In this document: positions 28,999-38,286 of the stretch, in pieces
Layout of the letters: each line of letters opens with the position of its first letter
How positions within the stretch are numbered: position 1 is the first letter of the stretch
Origin: Candidatus Altimarinota bacterium
GTDB taxonomy: Bacteria; Patescibacteriota; Gracilibacteria; CAIRYL01; GCA-016699755
Direction of reading: 5' to 3'
Assembly (NCBI GenBank): GCA_041738935.1
Contig: JBGSOV010000002.1
Location: 92,469-156,468, forward strand
DNA length: 64,000 nucleotides
Notes under the pieces: model-generated
What the model was told of the DNA's origin: nothing
Database searches by the model: none
The model's input: only the letters and a program-made list of their open reading frames with translations
Made by a program: the position numbers and the translations under genes

Positions 28999-29745
28999 TT
29001 ACTCCATCACCTTATCCAAAAGTTCCTCCGAAATATCAAAATTTGCTGAAACATTACTCACATCATCATCATCTTCGAGAGCTTGCACAAGACTGATGAT
29101 TTTTTTTGCCGTTGCTTCGTCAGTGATTTCGACAGTTGTTTGCGGAATCAAGCGGATTTCGGCGTGTTCAATCGTCGCGCCAGCTTCTTCGAGCGCTGTT
29201 TTGACTACAAAAAGCTCTTTGGCTCCGGTGGTGATTTCCAGATTTCCGTCTTCGACTTGTACGTCCTCAGCACCGGCGTCGATTGCAACCAATTCTAAAT
29301 CTTCACTGGCATTACTCACGACAATGACTCCTTTTTTATCGAACAAAAAAGCAACAGAACCCGATTCACCCAGATTGCCATTGTGTTTGCCAAAAATCGC
29401 GCGAATGTTTTGCACAGTGCGATTTTTGTTGTCAGACAATGTCGAAACGAGTACGGCGATTCCGCCGGAAGCGTAGCCTTCGTAGCTGCTTTCGACAAAA
29501 ACCGAGCCGTCTTTGTCGTCGCCAGTACCTTTTTTGATTGCCCGCTCGATATTGGCATTGGGCATATTGTCTTTTTTGGAGTTGTCGATTGCGAGCCGAA
29601 GCGTCGGATTGCTATCGGCGTCGCCACCGCCATCACGTGCAGCGATGGTAATCAGTTTGGCGTGACGAGTAAAAACCTTGCCGCGAGCGGCATCGGCAGC
29701 ACCTTTTTTGTGACGAATCGAATGCCATTTGCTGTGCCCAGACAT
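28999..29745 (-). CDS. yebC: YebC/PmpR-family transcriptional regulator
   Basis: MSGHSKWHSIRHKKGAADAARGK, NPTLRLAIDNSKKDNMPNANIERAIKKG. ATG 29745. Confidence 0.92.
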   Translation of the reverse strand: MSGHSKWHSIRHKKGAADAARGKVFTRHAKLITIAARDGGGDADSNPTLRLAIDNSKKDNMPNANIERAIKKGTGDDKDGSVFVESSYEGYASGGIAVLVSTLSDNKNRTVQNIRAIFGKHNGNLGESGSVAFLFDKKGVIVVSNASEDLELVAIDAGAEDVQVEDGNLEITTGAKELFVVKTALEEAGATIEHAEIRLIPQTTVEITDEATAKKIISLVQALEDDDDVSNVSANFDISEELLDKVME

Positions 29746-30013
29746 AATTTTTGGAGAAATGTTCCCATGCATTTTGGCGCAAAATGTGTTTGCTTGCAAC
29801 TGCCTAAAATATCAATGACACAAAAAAAGAGTCAGAGTAGTTTTCACTCTGAAGGTTCAACCCTCCTGAGTTAAACCATAATGTTTCTTCGTCTGAATTT
29901 TCAAAAAAAGAAATATATACAGAATTTGTAATCTGCAATCTCTCATTTGCAATTACTACCACCTTCTTGCTTTTTGAATCCTAAATCTTGAATCTTGTTT
30001 TGGAGCGATCAGA

Positions 30014-31333
30014 TTATTCTTCCACGATCTTGCCATCGACAAAGCGGATGCCGTCACCGCGTGATTCGCGCGTGGCAACAGGATTGATATCTGCCTTTGG
30101 TTTGACAAACATCTTATCCAAAAACGAACGCTTTTTTTCAGTGACATCATTTTGCGCAGCGATCGGATGCTGATTCGCTTCGTTTTGATCAGCCGGAAAA
30201 ACGTATCCTGCTTGTTCGTTTGGCTGAGCTTGTCTATTTGGATCGACAAAAGGGGATTGTTCGGTTGTTTGTTGCTGAGAGATTCCGCCATTTGGTTGTT
30301 GATTGGCAGGATTATTCGGGTTTGCCAATTCGCCTTTCTCGGCAAATGGATCTTCGAGGTCGTTCTCTGTGATGTCGTCTTGTTCATTAGATTTTTCTGC
30401 GGATTCGGATACCGCTTCTTCTTGTTTCTTTGTTTCGTCGAGTACAGCAAACGGATCTTCGACTTTGCCGTTGCCGACATCTTTTTTAAATTCGAGCTTG
30501 CCGCTGATTGCATCACAAAAAATAATATCTCCGGCGGCAAATGCACCTTGGATGAGCAAATCAGAAAGGGGATCTTCTAAATATTCCTGAATTGCACGGC
30601 GAAGTGGGCGCGCACCAAATGCTGGGTTGTAGCCTTTTTCGGCTAAAAAGGCGCGCGCGGCGTCGGTTAACTTCAGCTGCAGGTTTTTTTCGCCGAGCAT
30701 TTCGCGAGTCTCGCGCAGCATAACATCAACGATTTTGATGAGATCTTCCATACGCAGCGGCGTAAAAAAGATTAATTCGTCAAAACGATTGAGAAGCTCT
30801 GGACGGAAAAATTTCATCAATGTTGGCAGCAAGTCTTCTTTGAGTTGTGCTTGAAATTCTTTTTCGGTAATGACCTGAAACTCTTCCATGTCTTCATCTT
30901 CCATCTCGCCATTAACTCCCTCGGCGCCGTCTTTGCGACCATCGTCGATTTCATCGAGTTCTTCTTTGACTTCGTAAGCGGCTTTCCATTCGACTTCTGG
31001 ACTGTCGGTTTGTTCGGTTTTAAATAACTCTATGTCCCATGGTTCTTCGGGTTCGCTTTTTTCTTTTGTTTCTTCCGGTTTTTCTTCGGCTACTGTTTCA
31101 TTCGCGTCAATCTTTTCTCCTTCTTCGGGAATGTCTTCAATATTTTTGGCATCAGCGACATCTGGCTCTTGCGGAGCCTCGACATATGGCGGAGTATTTT
31201 GCACTTCATCTCCCACAATCGGCGTGTCAGAATTATTTTCTGGCATATCACCTGCTTCGGAAGAAGCGAGTTGTTTTTTGAATTGCTGACTAAACAGCTC
31301 TTCGGGGCTGATGGCGTCGATATCTTCTGGCAT
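30014..31333 (-). CDS. Clp/Hsp100 ATPase, C-terminal fragment: acidic low-complexity region + D2 sensor-2/small domain + Q/N/P-rich tail
   Basis: FRPELLNRFDELIFFTPL and GARPLRRAIQEYLEDPLSDLLIQG are the end of an AAA+ D2 module. In the same frame as 31349..33799, separated only by one TAA. Confidence 0.7.
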   Translation of the reverse strand: MPEDIDAISPEELFSQQFKKQLASSEAGDMPENNSDTPIVGDEVQNTPPYVEAPQEPDVADAKNIEDIPEEGEKIDANETVAEEKPEETKEKSEPEEPWDIELFKTEQTDSPEVEWKAAYEVKEELDEIDDGRKDGAEGVNGEMEDEDMEEFQVITEKEFQAQLKEDLLPTLMKFFRPELLNRFDELIFFTPLRMEDLIKIVDVMLRETREMLGEKNLQLKLTDAARAFLAEKGYNPAFGARPLRRAIQEYLEDPLSDLLIQGAFAAGDIIFCDAISGKLEFKKDVGNGKVEDPFAVLDETKKQEEAVSESAEKSNEQDDITENDLEDPFAEKGELANPNNPANQQPNGGISQQQTTEQSPFVDPNRQAQPNEQAGYVFPADQNEANQHPIAAQNDVTEKKRSFLDKMFVKPKADINPVATRESRGDGIRFVDGKIVEE

Positions 31334-31348
31334 GGTGAACAAAAAAGA

Positions 31349-33799
31349 TTAGGCTTGTGGAGGAGTAACTGGATCATCGGCGAGCGGATCAGTAGGAACG
31401 TCATCGGATGGAATATCCCCTGCAACAACGGTATTTGCTGGCAGAGTCGGATTGATTGGTGTAGTAGTTGGTTTTGTTTCGGTTGCTGATTCGTCATTTT
31501 GTGCGACTTGCGGCTGTTGCGTTTGCGCATCATTTGCGATTGGCGCCGCTTCAGGCACTTTTGCTTCTGCTTGAGCCGCCGCTTCTTGTACTGCCGCTTC
31601 TTGTGCTGCTGTGGTGGCTTGTTCGGCTTCGCGCGTGCTAGCTAAGCGAACTTCCATGGCTTCGCGCACTTTGGCATTACGGGCTTCGACTTTTTGCTGT
31701 CCGTCCCAAAATTCTAAATAGCGTTTGCTGATTTCCATCGAACCAATATTCGAAGTACAAATGATTATCGTATGTTTAAAAGTAATCGTGCGGCCGTGAT
31801 TGTCGGTCAAGCGTCCATCATCCAAAACCTGTAAAAGGAGGTTAAAAACATCAGGATGCGCTTTTTCGACTTCATCAAAAAGTAAGATTGTATATGGTCT
31901 TTTGCGGACGGCCTCGGTCAATTCGCCGCCTTTTTCGTAGCCGACATACCCTGGAGGCGAACCGGTTAGACGCGAGACGGTGTGTTTTTCCATAAACTCC
32001 GACATGTCGAAACGAATCGCCGTATCTTCAGAGCCAAACAGTGTTTCGCCAAGCGTTTTGGCAAATTCGGTTTTACCGACTCCTGTTGGTCCCATAAACA
32101 AAAACGAGCCGATTGGTCTTTTGGGTTTACGAATCCCCGAGCGTCCACGGCGAACCGCCGATGCAACTGCTGTCACAGCATATTCTTGACCAATAAGGCG
32201 TTGATGCAATTCGTCTTCGAGTTTCATCAACCGTTCGGCTTCCGATCCAGCGACATGTTCCATCGGCACGCCACTCCAGCGAGAAATAATTCGTCGCACG
32301 TGTTCCTCAGTAATTTCATCATGACTGCGCGATTTTGCCTCTTCGGACATGGTACGAATATCTTCGAGTTCTTTAATCTTGTCACCGACTTTTTTCTCAA
32401 TGCGTGTTAGCTCTTCAATATCTACCACACCTTTGGCACGTTCTTGTTCGGCGCGCAGTTTTTGGATTTCTTTCTCGAGTTCTTTTTCTTTTTGTGGTGT
32501 CGAAATCGACGGCATGCGCGCCATGGCAGCAGCTTCATCAATCAAGTCAAAGGCTTTGTCCGGCAAATAGCGGTCGTTGACATAGCGGGTCGAAAGCGTG
32601 ATGGCGAGACGAATAATCTCTTCCGGAATTTTGACTCCGTGAAATGCTTCGTATTTGTCGCGCGAACCCATCAAAATCTGATAGCTTTCGTCATAACTTG
32701 GTTCGGGCACCATCACCAGCTGAAAGCGGCGTGAAAATGCGCCGTCTTTTTCGATATATTGATGATGCTCTGCTAGCGTGGTGGCGCCGATACAATGGAT
32801 TTCTCCACGGGCAAGCGGCGGCTTCAAGATTTGCGCGGCATCGCCAGCACTATCGGACAAAATGGTGTGAATCTCGTCAATAAACAAAATCACTTCTCCC
32901 GCGCTATGAACAGCTTCTTTGATGACGCCTTCGAGACGCTTTTCAAATTCGCCACGTTTGCTCGCGCCAGCAACCAATGTGTTGATCGAAAGCGAAATGA
33001 GGCGCTTGCTTTTGAGGACTTCGGGCACATCACCATGAATAATTCGGTCAGCGAGTCCTTCGACAATCGCGGTTTTTCCGACACCAGGTTCACCGACGAG
33101 CAGGGGATTGTTTTTTCTACGACGCGCCAAGATATGAATCGTACGCTCAATTTCTTCTCCACGTCCGATGACTGGATCGATTTTGCCTTCGCGCGCCATT
33201 TGACAGAGGTTGATACCATATTTATCAAGGAGTGGTGTGCTTTCTCCCGAAAGCACGTCTTTCTCTTTGCCTTCACCGACTATGTTCATAATCTCTTTGC
33301 CGACGACTTCTTCGTTCATGCCGTGCTTTTTCAAAATCTTTGCCGCGACACCATCGACCGACAGCAATCCGAGCAGCAAATGTTCCCCCGCCGTAGCATG
33401 ATGACGCCACTTGCGGCGCTCGATATCAGCTTTTAAGAGTGCGCTTTTGGTGCGTGCCGAAAATGGCAAAAATTCATCAGGATTCTTGTTCTTCCCAGGA
33501 TGGATTTCTTGTTTTGTTTCTGCAGTGATTTCTTCCAAATCAATTTTGAGTCCCTGAAAAATCCGATTAAGGACTTGATCAGTTTTGGCATTGCGCAATA
33601 TTCCCATCAACGCATGTTCGGTATCAATATCGATGGCATGAGAATTTTTGGCTTCTTCATTCGCAAAAATCAAAATCCGACGCATCGAATTGCTAAAATA
33701 TTCGTCAATCGACTGAAGCGATGGCGGATTCGCTGTCTCAGGCTGAGTTTTGATAACTTCTTCCTTGGTAGGTGCATTGGGATTTGCTGCGTTTGCCAT
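31349..33799 (-). CDS. ClpC-type Clp/Hsp100 ATPase, N-terminal fragment: Clp_N repeats, D1, short M-domain, D2 Walker A/B up to TSNIG, then low-complexity tail
   Basis: [17 protein letters not shown] (D1 Walker A), [27 protein letters not shown] (D2 Walker A), [19 protein letters not shown]. Ends at TAA 31349-31351. Confidence 0.85.
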   Translation of the reverse strand: MANAANPNAPTKEEVIKTQPETANPPSLQSIDEYFSNSMRRILIFANEEAKNSHAIDIDTEHALMGILRNAKTDQVLNRIFQGLKIDLEEITAETKQEIHPGKNKNPDEFLPFSARTKSALLKADIERRKWRHHATAGEHLLLGLLSVDGVAAKILKKHGMNEEVVGKEIMNIVGEGKEKDVLSGESTPLLDKYGINLCQMAREGKIDPVIGRGEEIERTIHILARRRKNNPLLVGEPGVGKTAIVEGLADRIIHGDVPEVLKSKRLISLSINTLVAGASKRGEFEKRLEGVIKEAVHSAGEVILFIDEIHTILSDSAGDAAQILKPPLARGEIHCIGATTLAEHHQYIEKDGAFSRRFQLVMVPEPSYDESYQILMGSRDKYEAFHGVKIPEEIIRLAITLSTRYVNDRYLPDKAFDLIDEAAAMARMPSISTPQKEKELEKEIQKLRAEQERAKGVVDIEELTRIEKKVGDKIKELEDIRTMSEEAKSRSHDEITEEHVRRIISRWSGVPMEHVAGSEAERLMKLEDELHQRLIGQEYAVTAVASAVRRGRSGIRKPKRPIGSFLFMGPTGVGKTEFAKTLGETLFGSEDTAIRFDMSEFMEKHTVSRLTGSPPGYVGYEKGGELTEAVRKRPYTILLFDEVEKAHPDVFNLLLQVLDDGRLTDNHGRTITFKHTIIICTSNIGSMEISKRYLEFWDGQQKVEARNAKVREAMEVRLASTREAEQATTAAQEAAVQEAAAQAEAKVPEAAPIANDAQTQQPQVAQNDESATETKPTTTPINPTLPANTVVAGDIPSDDVPTDPLADDPVTPPQA

Positions 33800-33873
33800 G
33801 TTTGTTTTTGATATGAATGTTCTTCATATTATCTCACTTTTTGTTCGAATTTGCAAGACTGAAAGTGCGTTTT

Positions 33874-34755
33874 CTATTCTTCTTTTGAGAAGCCTGCATT
33901 TTGTAATAATTGTCCGATTGCTGCCGTAATTTCTGCATCCTCAATCTGTTGCTCGCGTTCTGCTTGAAAGCGGTATTGAGGAGACTTACTTTTGTACCGA
34001 CGATTAACAGTTGAGGTTGTCTTATCCTCTGACAATACTCCCAAAATATCTAGAATTTGTATGATATTTTTTCGAGTAAGATGTGGAGAGTTTTCTATTT
34101 TGTTATTTAGAAAATTCTCAATTCTTCCTGCTGTTACGGCACCGTTGTCTCCAAACAGCAATCCTTGCAATTGGCCTGTATTATTTCTATCGCCGGGTCG
34201 AATGAGTTCGATAGTCAAGCGTACAGCAGCAATAATATTAACGACATGGTTGTGATTTTCGAGATCAAGCTTTCCTAGCTTTGAGTTATTTTTACTGCTT
34301 TTTCGTTCTTTTTTCTGAGAACATTTCGGCTCAAAACTTTTAAAAAGCGCAATTTCTTCTTTCCTCTCCCTTACTTTCCCCGCGAGTCTCATTTTGTGAT
34401 TGCACAAATTAAACAAAAACTTTATATGCATATTTGCAAATTCTATGAGTTGAGCTCTAAGCAAATTGTCAAATTCATTTTCATGTGATTCATCAAAAAT
34501 GCCGAGTAATTGAGGATGTTGAAATATCTGTAAGGAAACCCTTTCGGAATTTGCAAAAAATTGTGGGCGAATGTTTTTCTTGTTTGTCAGAAGGGCTTGT
34601 CTCACTTCTTTGAAAATTTCATTAATCCGAAATACCAGTCTTTCTTCGATGATATAATCATCGACAGTCATTTTTAGTTCTGCCTTTTTTTCTGCTGCTG
34701 CTGCTTCATCTGTAGCGGAGGCTTGCTCGTCAATATCTATTCTATCCGGTCGCAT
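33874..34755 (-). CDS. hypothetical protein (293 aa)
   Basis: Single long ORF, AT-rich by eye, no motif recognised. 74 nt upstream of the Clp gene on the same strand. Confidence 0.5.
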   Translation of the reverse strand: MRPDRIDIDEQASATDEAAAAEKKAELKMTVDDYIIEERLVFRINEIFKEVRQALLTNKKNIRPQFFANSERVSLQIFQHPQLLGIFDESHENEFDNLLRAQLIEFANMHIKFLFNLCNHKMRLAGKVRERKEEIALFKSFEPKCSQKKERKSSKNNSKLGKLDLENHNHVVNIIAAVRLTIELIRPGDRNNTGQLQGLLFGDNGAVTAGRIENFLNNKIENSPHLTRKNIIQILDILGVLSEDKTTSTVNRRYKSKSPQYRFQAEREQQIEDAEITAAIGQLLQNAGFSKEE

Positions 34756-34911
34756 GATTTTTTTGAAATTTGATAAGAGTGAATACTTTCTTATATTTAA
34801 AAATATGTCAAAAGATATTTATTAACAACCGTTCGTTGTCAAAAAATGGAACTTCGAAAGACTTGACAAGAATATTTATTAAGTCTAAAAAATACTACTT
34901 TAATCACTCCA

Positions 34912-35736
34912 TTGCTCAAAAAAACATGGTTTTTGTCGGCGGCCGTCACATGTGGATTTCTGGTGCTTGTCGGCGGCGGATATGTTGCACTTGCCAAGAC
35001 CGAAATCATCATACCCACACCAAATCCTATTTCTTCTGAAGTGCAAAGCGGTATTATCATTGCTACAGAATTCGCGAAAGACTCGATTTTTTATGATTCT
35101 ACCGCAGGAAAAAACGGTATTTTTATCAGTGCGCAATTGGCGCAAACGCCGCTACAACCTTCTTTTTCTGCTAACGATGCAGGGATTATTTTATCGCAAC
35201 AACTTGCCGAAGAAGACGCTTTATTCGGTGGTAGATTTGCGGTCGAACTCGATCTCCTCAAACGTCTGACCTTGCTTGCTCGGCTCAATATTTGGCAAGC
35301 ACTCGAATCTGTCCATAATCGCACGACCGGAGTTCAACAACTAGAGCGAGAATATGCGGATGCTCTTGCCGCCGCGGAAGAGGCAAAAGCACAAGTTGTA
35401 ATGGTCGGGAATAATGCCAAGTCCAAAATCGATATCCTCGAAAAAGAGATCAGCACAGCTGAGGCAGATTTTTTTGATGCCCTCGGAAACTTTCGCTCGG
35501 AAGTCGCCGAAGAAAAATACACACTTTTTGTTGCCAAAAAACAGCATCTCGTGGTGCTCAAAGCCGAATTTGGACGCTTTAAATCTCTTAATGACCGCTT
35601 TAATGAACTTCTTCCGCAAGTCAAAGCGAAAGCAACTGCGCTCAGCAAAAATCGCGAAGCGCTGATTCAGGGCATTCAGGTCGACAAAGATACCGCCGTT
35701 CGTGCCGGAGTTGTCAAAGATACTGCTGCCAAATAG
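34912..35736 (+). CDS. hypothetical N-terminally anchored coiled-coil protein
   Basis: TM helix WFLSAAVTCGFLVLVGGGYVAL, then heptad-like A/E/K/L-rich sequence. TTG start assumed. Confidence 0.5.
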   Translation: MLKKTWFLSAAVTCGFLVLVGGGYVALAKTEIIIPTPNPISSEVQSGIIIATEFAKDSIFYDSTAGKNGIFISAQLAQTPLQPSFSANDAGIILSQQLAEEDALFGGRFAVELDLLKRLTLLARLNIWQALESVHNRTTGVQQLEREYADALAAAEEAKAQVVMVGNNAKSKIDILEKEISTAEADFFDALGNFRSEVAEEKYTLFVAKKQHLVVLKAEFGRFKSLNDRFNELLPQVKAKATALSKNREALIQGIQVDKDTAVRAGVVKDTAAK

Positions 35737-35795
35737 GAGAGTCTTGTATTTTCTCAAAAAAACAGACACAATGCCTCCCGATATTTACTTTGGCA

Positions 35796-37658
35796 ATGGC
35801 TTTTAAGCTTTTTTCAGCAAAACACGAAGGGCAAGGAGAAGGAGTTACTGTCTTTTTTCATGAAAAGAAGACCGATATCGGCACTGTGTGGCTCTTCGGT
35901 AATCTTCCTTACACTGATGAAAGCGCCAAACGCATCGAAATCGGTCTGCAAGAAGTTTTTACGAAAGAACTCTTGGGAGTTTTTTCTAACGAAGAAACGC
36001 ATGAAGATCGCTTTGAATCCGCGCTCAAGTATGCCAATGCTTTTTTGGCAGAACACGTGGGAGACAAAGCCGAAGATATTTTGCGTACGGGAGCACTACT
36101 CGTTGGTTATCTGGTGGGAGACGAATTACTCGTTTCTAACTTTGGTCAAGGCGAAGTCTTTTTGTTGCGCGACCGCGCTTTGATCGAGATTTCCGAAGGG
36201 CTTTCACCAATCAAAGTGAGTGATGAGTTTTTTCTCAACATCAGCAGTGGCGATTTGCAAAGCAGCGACAAACTGATTTTTTCTACCATTCGCCTGCAAC
36301 GCTATATTACCGAACGTCAATTATCCGGTTTTTTGGAAGATGGCGTTACGGAGGCGATGGAATCGATTGAAAGCACGATGGGCTCAGCAGAACCAGGAAC
36401 GGTGTTTCTCGTTAATGTCAAAGCGCCCGATACTTTGCCGTTTGCATCTGCCACCGGCAATACGCCTGCGTTTGCGCGTGAGAGCGAATTTTCACTCTCT
36501 AAATTTACTCCACAAATCTCCGCTTTTTTTGCTCGATTTAGCTCTGGGAGACGCAGCAGTAATTTTCGCAGCAAACCATGGATGCTCATTGGTGCCGGGC
36601 TAGTCGGAGTCATACTTATCCTCATTTTTGTCAATCTCCTTTCGGGAGAATCCGCGCCTACTAATTCGCTCAAATATGAGGATTTCGTCAAAAATGTTGA
36701 TAAAGAATTTTCAATGGTCGAAACGCGTTTACAAGAAGACAAAGCTGATCAAGCAAATCTCATTCTCAATCGTATTGAAGAACAAGCGCGGCAGATGCTC
36801 CTTGATCGTGTTGAAGTCAGTAATGCCGAAACGATTTTGGGACTCGTTGGTGAAAAGCGCGAATTGGTAAATCGTATTATGCGTATAACAAATCCTGATA
36901 TTGCGACTGATTTACAAATCGCCAAAGCCGGAGTAGTGGCACGCGGGCTTTTTTTCCTCGAGAGTGAATTATTTGCGTTTGATGCAACGTCACTCTTTCG
37001 GATATTACTTGCTGGCACCAATCCAGAATCTCTGGGAGAACTAACAACAAATGATGAGATTGCTACAGGGTCGGCATTTCCGAGTAAAAACGAGCTCATC
37101 TTTGTGACCAAGGGTGGAAGTGTCGTTGAATGGGCAAATAGCAGCGCTGTAACCGCTGTGACGGCTGATAAAACCTGGAAGCCGACAGTTGATATCGCGC
37201 CATTCTCCAAGTTTATTTATTTTTTAGATCCTGTTGGCAATCAAATCTGGAAATACGAACGGCGTGATAGTGGTTTTACGGTGGCTGAAGCATGGATTGC
37301 CGACCAGACCGATGTGACTGCCGCAAATTCTTTTGCGATTGATGGCAATATTTATGTTCTAACGACCAACGGACAAATTATCAAGTTTTATCGTGGCAGC
37401 CGCGTAAATTACGAAGTAAAAGGCGTACCCGATGGTAATCTCAAAGGCGATATTCTGTTTACCAACGAAACCAGTAATGAGATTTTTATCTTAGACAAAG
37501 CGGAAAAAACCGTATTCGTCTTTGATAAAGGCGAAAACGAAGCAGTCTACAAAAAGCAAATCATAATCGAAAATACCGAGGCACTCGTTGACATCTACGC
37601 CCGTGAGGGACGTTTGTTTGTTTTAGGTGAACAGAAAGTCTACGAAATTAAATTGTAA
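35796..37658 (+). CDS. hypothetical bitopic membrane protein: degenerate PP2C-like N-terminal domain, TM helix, beta-rich C-terminal domain
   Basis: GALLVGYLVGDELLVSNFGQGEVFLLRDRAL resembles the PP2C core strand pair but lacks the metal-binding Asp residues. TM helix PWMLIGAGLVGVILILIFVNLL. C-terminal repeats of Y/W/F-rich strands. Confidence 0.5.
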   Translation: MAFKLFSAKHEGQGEGVTVFFHEKKTDIGTVWLFGNLPYTDESAKRIEIGLQEVFTKELLGVFSNEETHEDRFESALKYANAFLAEHVGDKAEDILRTGALLVGYLVGDELLVSNFGQGEVFLLRDRALIEISEGLSPIKVSDEFFLNISSGDLQSSDKLIFSTIRLQRYITERQLSGFLEDGVTEAMESIESTMGSAEPGTVFLVNVKAPDTLPFASATGNTPAFARESEFSLSKFTPQISAFFARFSSGRRSSNFRSKPWMLIGAGLVGVILILIFVNLLSGESAPTNSLKYEDFVKNVDKEFSMVETRLQEDKADQANLILNRIEEQARQMLLDRVEVSNAETILGLVGEKRELVNRIMRITNPDIATDLQIAKAGVVARGLFFLESELFAFDATSLFRILLAGTNPESLGELTTNDEIATGSAFPSKNELIFVTKGGSVVEWANSSAVTAVTADKTWKPTVDIAPFSKFIYFLDPVGNQIWKYERRDSGFTVAEAWIADQTDVTAANSFAIDGNIYVLTTNGQIIKFYRGSRVNYEVKGVPDGNLKGDILFTNETSNEIFILDKAEKTVFVFDKGENEAVYKKQIIIENTEALVDIYAREGRLFVLGEQKVYEIKL

Positions 37659-37676
37659 AAGTATTACATCAATCAT

Positions 37677-38198
37677 ATGGAACCGCTATCTGTTCCACTG
37701 ATAAAGCAAAACCCTTTGGAATGTGGACCAGCCGCACTCGCGATGGTTTTGCGGTACTTCAATAAAAATATTACTCCGGAAGTCATTGCGAACACGACTG
37801 GCATTATCAAAAATTTTGGGGTAAAAACGATTGCACTCGCAGAATTTGCCAAAGAGGAAGGCTTTGAAACAATTTGCTATTCGTATAACAAGAGAATATC
37901 CAAAGGGTTAGCAAAAATTAGAAAACCGAGTACAAAGGATATCATTAGGTTTTTGAAACAAAAATTACCGGTCATCATTTCAGTAGGATTATTTTTGTTG
38001 TATGACGAAAAGCCATCTGAGATGGGACATTTCATCGTTATCACTTGTTACCAAAAGGGAGTCTTTTTGTAAAACGATCCAAAAGATGGGAAGGCACACG
38101 AAATAAACGAGGAAGCATTATTATTTGCTTGGTACAATAATATACTCGACTCGAGCGCCTATCTTTTGGTGATTACACCTTCACATACAATACAGTGA
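37677..38198 (+). pseudogene. C39-like (papain-fold) peptidase domain protein interrupted by one in-frame TAA (38070-38072)
   Basis: QNPLECGPAALAMVLRYF (catalytic Cys context) and GHFIVITCY (His). After the TAA the same frame continues NDPKDGKAHEINEEALLFAWYNNILDSSAYLLVITPSH to TGA 38196-38198, completing the domain. Confidence 0.6.
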
Positions 38199-38286
38199 TT
38201 CATGATTGCCTTAAAATGTCATCGCAGATGACAATCTTAAAGCCCCCGGGGTTTTTGCCTTATCATGGAGATAAGCGGTAGCGCTC

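Noticed and set aside
29818-29852. Hairpin CAGAGT/ACTCTG followed by T7 on the minus strand, as terminator of the Clp gene
   Set aside because: It is plausible, but the stem is only 6 bp and it lies about 160 nt past the Clp stop and about 70 nt before yebC. It was too uncertain to list as a feature.
32795-33436. 213-aa plus-strand ORF
   Set aside because: It is antisense to the Clp ATPase D1 module.
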